From Obrimoposthia wandeli (lineage: Eukaryota), in assembly GCA_977020255.1 (NCBI GenBank), contig CDROCS010001093.1, positions 124,001 through 185,057 on the forward strand: a stretch of DNA of 61,057 nucleotides. Reading direction: 5' to 3'. A program made the translations under genes and the position numbers. Shown one piece after another: positions 57,405 to 61,057 of the stretch (positions within the stretch are counted from its first letter, which is position 1; every line of letters begins with the position of its first letter). Under the pieces are notes generated by a model. That model was not told where the DNA came from and ran no database searches. It saw nothing but the letters and a program-made list of their open reading frames with translations.

Positions 57405-60400
57405 AGTAGTTAGAAGGATGGAGTCTAAGCCACTTGACCCCCCCCACTTGTGTGCACACAATGTTAAATGATTTTAAACATAAGGGTGTCACACCATAAG
57501 GGTGTCTTGCCACACCATAAGGGTATATGTTGCCTCACCATAGAAATGTCACACCATAAGGGTATATGTTGACTCACCATAAGAGTGTCACACCATAAGG
57601 GTCTGGCTCAGAAAGTTTATGATAGGGCGAGGGAGGAAGGGTCAAGTGGCTTAGTCTCCACCCTTCTTTGGTATACCACTAAAGGGTTGTGGTCGTCCAT
57701 AATTCAAAGGGTCAAGGTCAGTTTTGACTTGAAGGTTTTAAGGTATGGTCATGACCGTCTATGGTCAACCAACATATCTAAAGGGTCATGGTTGTCCATA
57801 AATCAAAGGGTCAGACCCAGTTTGGACATGGAGATTTGAAGGTATAATTGAGGTCAACTATGGTTGACCAACATACCCAAGGGGTTGTGGTCGTCCATAA
57901 ATCAAAGGGTCAGACTCAGTTTTGACTTGAAACTTGGCAGGTATAATTTAGGTCAACTATGGTTGGTCATCACATCTAAAGGGTCATGAACGTCCATAGA
58001 TGAAAGGGTCGGGCTAAAAAAAAATGTCAAGTTTAAAATATCAAGGTTTTAGTACATGGTTGTAATCATCTTTAGAAGGCGAATTCACCCATAAAGTATG
58101 GCCGTCCATAAATCAAAGGGTCGAGCTAAAGACCAAATCAAGTTTTAAATGTCAAAGTTTGAATACATGGTTGTAATCATCTTTAGAAGACGAATTCATA
58201 AATATAGGTATGGTCGTCCATAGATGAAGGGTTTTAAAAAAAAATGGAATTTCATAGTTTCAAGTACATGGTTGTATTCGTCAACATATTACGAGTTTAT
58301 TCATGTAAAAATTTTATGGTCGTTCACAAGTTAAGGGTCAGATTTGGCATAAATTAAGAAATTATATAGTATTCAATCAAATATTCTATGTGAAAGTTCA
58401 CTCTTATCAGTTAAGGAATGTATGACGTAATCACACACACACTATTCTATGTGAAAATTTAGTCTAAAGTTCACTCTTATCAGTTAAGGAATGTGATTTT
58501 TACACTATTCTATGTGAAAGTTTAGATCAAAATTTTTTCCTAGGCTTATACATCTATAGAATTATGATAAAATTTCTTTAAATAACTTAAATTATATATT
58601 AAAATAAAAAATAAAATAAGAAAGAAGTCAGAGAATAATACAAAATTAAACACATTTATTATGTAATTTCATAATATCATCTTCAAACTTAAGTGAATAA
58701 CATTTACAAAGTAAGAAAGTTCATTCTTTATACATTCTTTTTGTTTCAATGATTAAGTTACAGCGGGAAAAAAAACACTAAGTTTAACCTTGCCGGAATG
58801 AAAATTGGCCAAAAATATTAATTTATTTGAATATTTGAATGATAGTTTGAATAAATGAGTTAGATTGAATGTAATGAATACAAGTATGAATACAAGTATG
58901 AATGTAATTTATAAGTAGAGTCTTAGCAAGTGAATGTAATTTAAAAAAATAAGAGTGTCCGACCAGTTTGATTGAATACAAGTGTAATTTGGGCTATAAG
59001 TAAATTAAAATAGAGTTTTTCGTTGAATAAATTATAGTTAGATTGAATGCAAATGAATGCTAATATGAATGCAAGTGAATGCTAGTATGAAATTCAATAC
59101 AAGCAAAAGATGTCTTAGCAAGTGAATGTAATTGAAAAAAAACCAGAGCATGTCGATAGTTTGATTGAATGCAGAGTGTAATTAAGCTATAAGTAAATTA
59201 AAATAGAGTTTTCGTATGAATAAGGATTTATGTTAAGTTACAGTTAAGATTAATAACAAGTAATCAACTATAAGAAGCAGTAGATATTGAAGTATGTTAA
59301 AAGTTAGAACGACCAAGTTACAGCAAGATTAATAGAAAACAACACTAACTTTGAAGGTATGTAGATGTAAATATTGTGTATTTGAATGTAATTGAATATT
59401 GATGAGTTTGAATAAATTATAGTTAGATTGAATGTAAATAGAATGCAAGCTATGATTGAATATATCTACAAGTGCAAGTAAGAAAAGAATACGACTGCAA
59501 GTACAGATGTCAATTATGAATGAAAATTAGTAAACAAAAGTAATGAATTTGAATACTAGTTCCATCTCAAAGTTAAGAATGAATGTAAGTGATTGCAAGT
59601 ACGAATGTCACTTTATGAATGCAAATACAAAGTAAGAATCTTTGCAAGTGAATCTAAAAATGCAAAGTGAGTACTAGCTAATTATTAAAATTAATACTAT
59701 CAATCAATGAAGGCTGATAACAACCTGATGAAGTTATAATAATTAAAAGATAATAGACTTTCATATTTTCACATAGTTTACCCCATGTTAAAGTTAACCT
59801 TTCATACATGCAATTAAATAATTAAAATGTTTTATCTCGTTTATTAACATTCCTTAATTGAAATATTTTAAAATAATTAGATAAATTTAAATTCTTTATA
59901 CTTAAATAACTTGATTATAAAATTATATTCGTAAATATAATTGAAATTATCATTATTCGTTTTTCTTTTTAACTATTCGAAAATATATTTATATACAAAC
60001 TTAGTAAATTAACTCAACAAACAATTTTTTTTTAATTACTTGATATTTTGCCATTCTCTTATCAATATAATATGAATATTCAATTATTTCTTCAAAATTC
60101 TTTTATATGTTATATAATATTTCTTTACCACATTATTGTGAGCATTTTGTAAGTGATTTTAACTTTAAGCTATTAGAAATATTTTAATTATAAAGTTAGT
60201 AGCTGTACCCCACCGACTGCCTATAATATAAATTTCAAATATAAAGTACTATTAAATGTATTCTTTCAAATAGTAAATGTTCTTTCGAGTTATTTAATTT
60301 TGTTTACTAGACATTCGAAAATTGACTTGTAAACATAATATAATTTCGCATATATTCACTTTAATATGTTGTAAGTTATTACTTTAATATAATCTACAAC

Positions 60401-61057
60401 AAAAACTTCAAGAAATTTACTTAATAATCATAATATTAATGATTTGTACAATAAATTGACTTGTAAACATCATATTTGTTGTTGCATATATTCACTTTAA
60501 TATGTTGTAAGTTATTACTTTAATATAATTAACAACCAAAACGTCAAGTAATTTACTTAATAATCATAATATTAATGATTTGTACGATAAATTGACTTGT
60601 AAACATAAAATATTTACAAAAAACTTCAAGTAGTTTGCTTATTAATCATAATTTTAATGATTTGATCAATAAATTGACTTGTAAACATAATATAATTTGC
60701 ATATTTTCAATTTAATATATTGTAAGTTAATACTGTAATATTTCATTACATAAAACGTAATTCATAGTTTACTGTCGTTTACAATAAATTGACTTGTAAA
60801 CATAATATATTTATGCATAACATAATATATTCACTTTAAAATGTTGTAAGTTATTACTTTATTATAATTTTCAACAAAAAAAACTTCAAATGGATTTACT
60901 TATTAAACATAGTTTAATGTTTTTGTACAATAAATTGACTTGTAAACATAATTTATTTTTGTAGTATATTTTTCAATTTAATATGTTGTAAGTTATTACT
61001 TTAATATAATTTACAACAAAACTTCAATAAATTTACTTGTAAACTACAATATTTAGC
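57405..61057 (+). mobile_element. Non-coding, satellite-rich repeat element starting AGTAG (copy 2), runs off the window end
   Basis: Homologous to 30947 onward. Contains a 29-bp inverted repeat enclosing CACCATAAGGGT repeats, ~90-100-bp ATGGTCGTCCATA subrepeats, GAATGCAAGT low-complexity tracts and ~120-bp AT-rich tandem units. Confidence 0.7.

Noticed and set aside
1-61057. Prokaryotic/phage origin, rRNA or tRNA genes
   Set aside because: Spliceosomal introns, eukaryotic TE superfamilies and microsatellites indicate a eukaryotic nuclear locus. No rRNA- or tRNA-like sequence was recognised by eye.

Overview
This is an AT-rich eukaryotic (invertebrate-like) window with no confidently identifiable host gene, tRNA, rRNA or CRISPR array. 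It is dominated by Polinton/Maverick (adintovirus-like) endogenous DNA viruses. One near-complete copy (C, about 12295-26130) keeps its left terminus and lacks its right end. On the + strand it carries a 4-exon low-complexity gene, a coiled-coil gene, a DEDD-exonuclease-like gene and a protein-primed PolB. On the - strand it carries a packaging ATPase, two small basic/core proteins, an rve integrase, the minor capsid (penton), a core protein, the major capsid and an adenain-like protease. Most of these genes carry one to a few stops, frameshifts or deletions. Four decayed relatives surround it: A (1-5300), B (6280-9800), E (39900-42600) and D (53730-55172). The most striking observation is that this Polinton has short (38-82 nt) GT-AG spliceosomal introns. 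There are three in the first gene (two of them position-conserved in copy D), three in the PolB gene (adding a Cys/His-rich, acidic-repeat N-terminus) and one in the protease gene. The first gene encodes a protein with repeated SUMO-interaction-like (YIDL) motifs, acidic motifs and an AT-hook-like motif. Copy A holds a TBP-like remnant that is absent from C. A long satellite-rich non-coding repeat (30947-35400; 57405-61057) starts with the same AAAGTAGGTGGA/AGTAG terminus as the Polinton. The rest of the window is decayed hAT, Tc1/mariner, MULE-like, piggyBac-like and LINE remnants, two MITEs and microsatellites. All homology calls are by-eye motif recognition and manual alignment within the window; no database search was run, and boundaries of decayed fragments are approximate.
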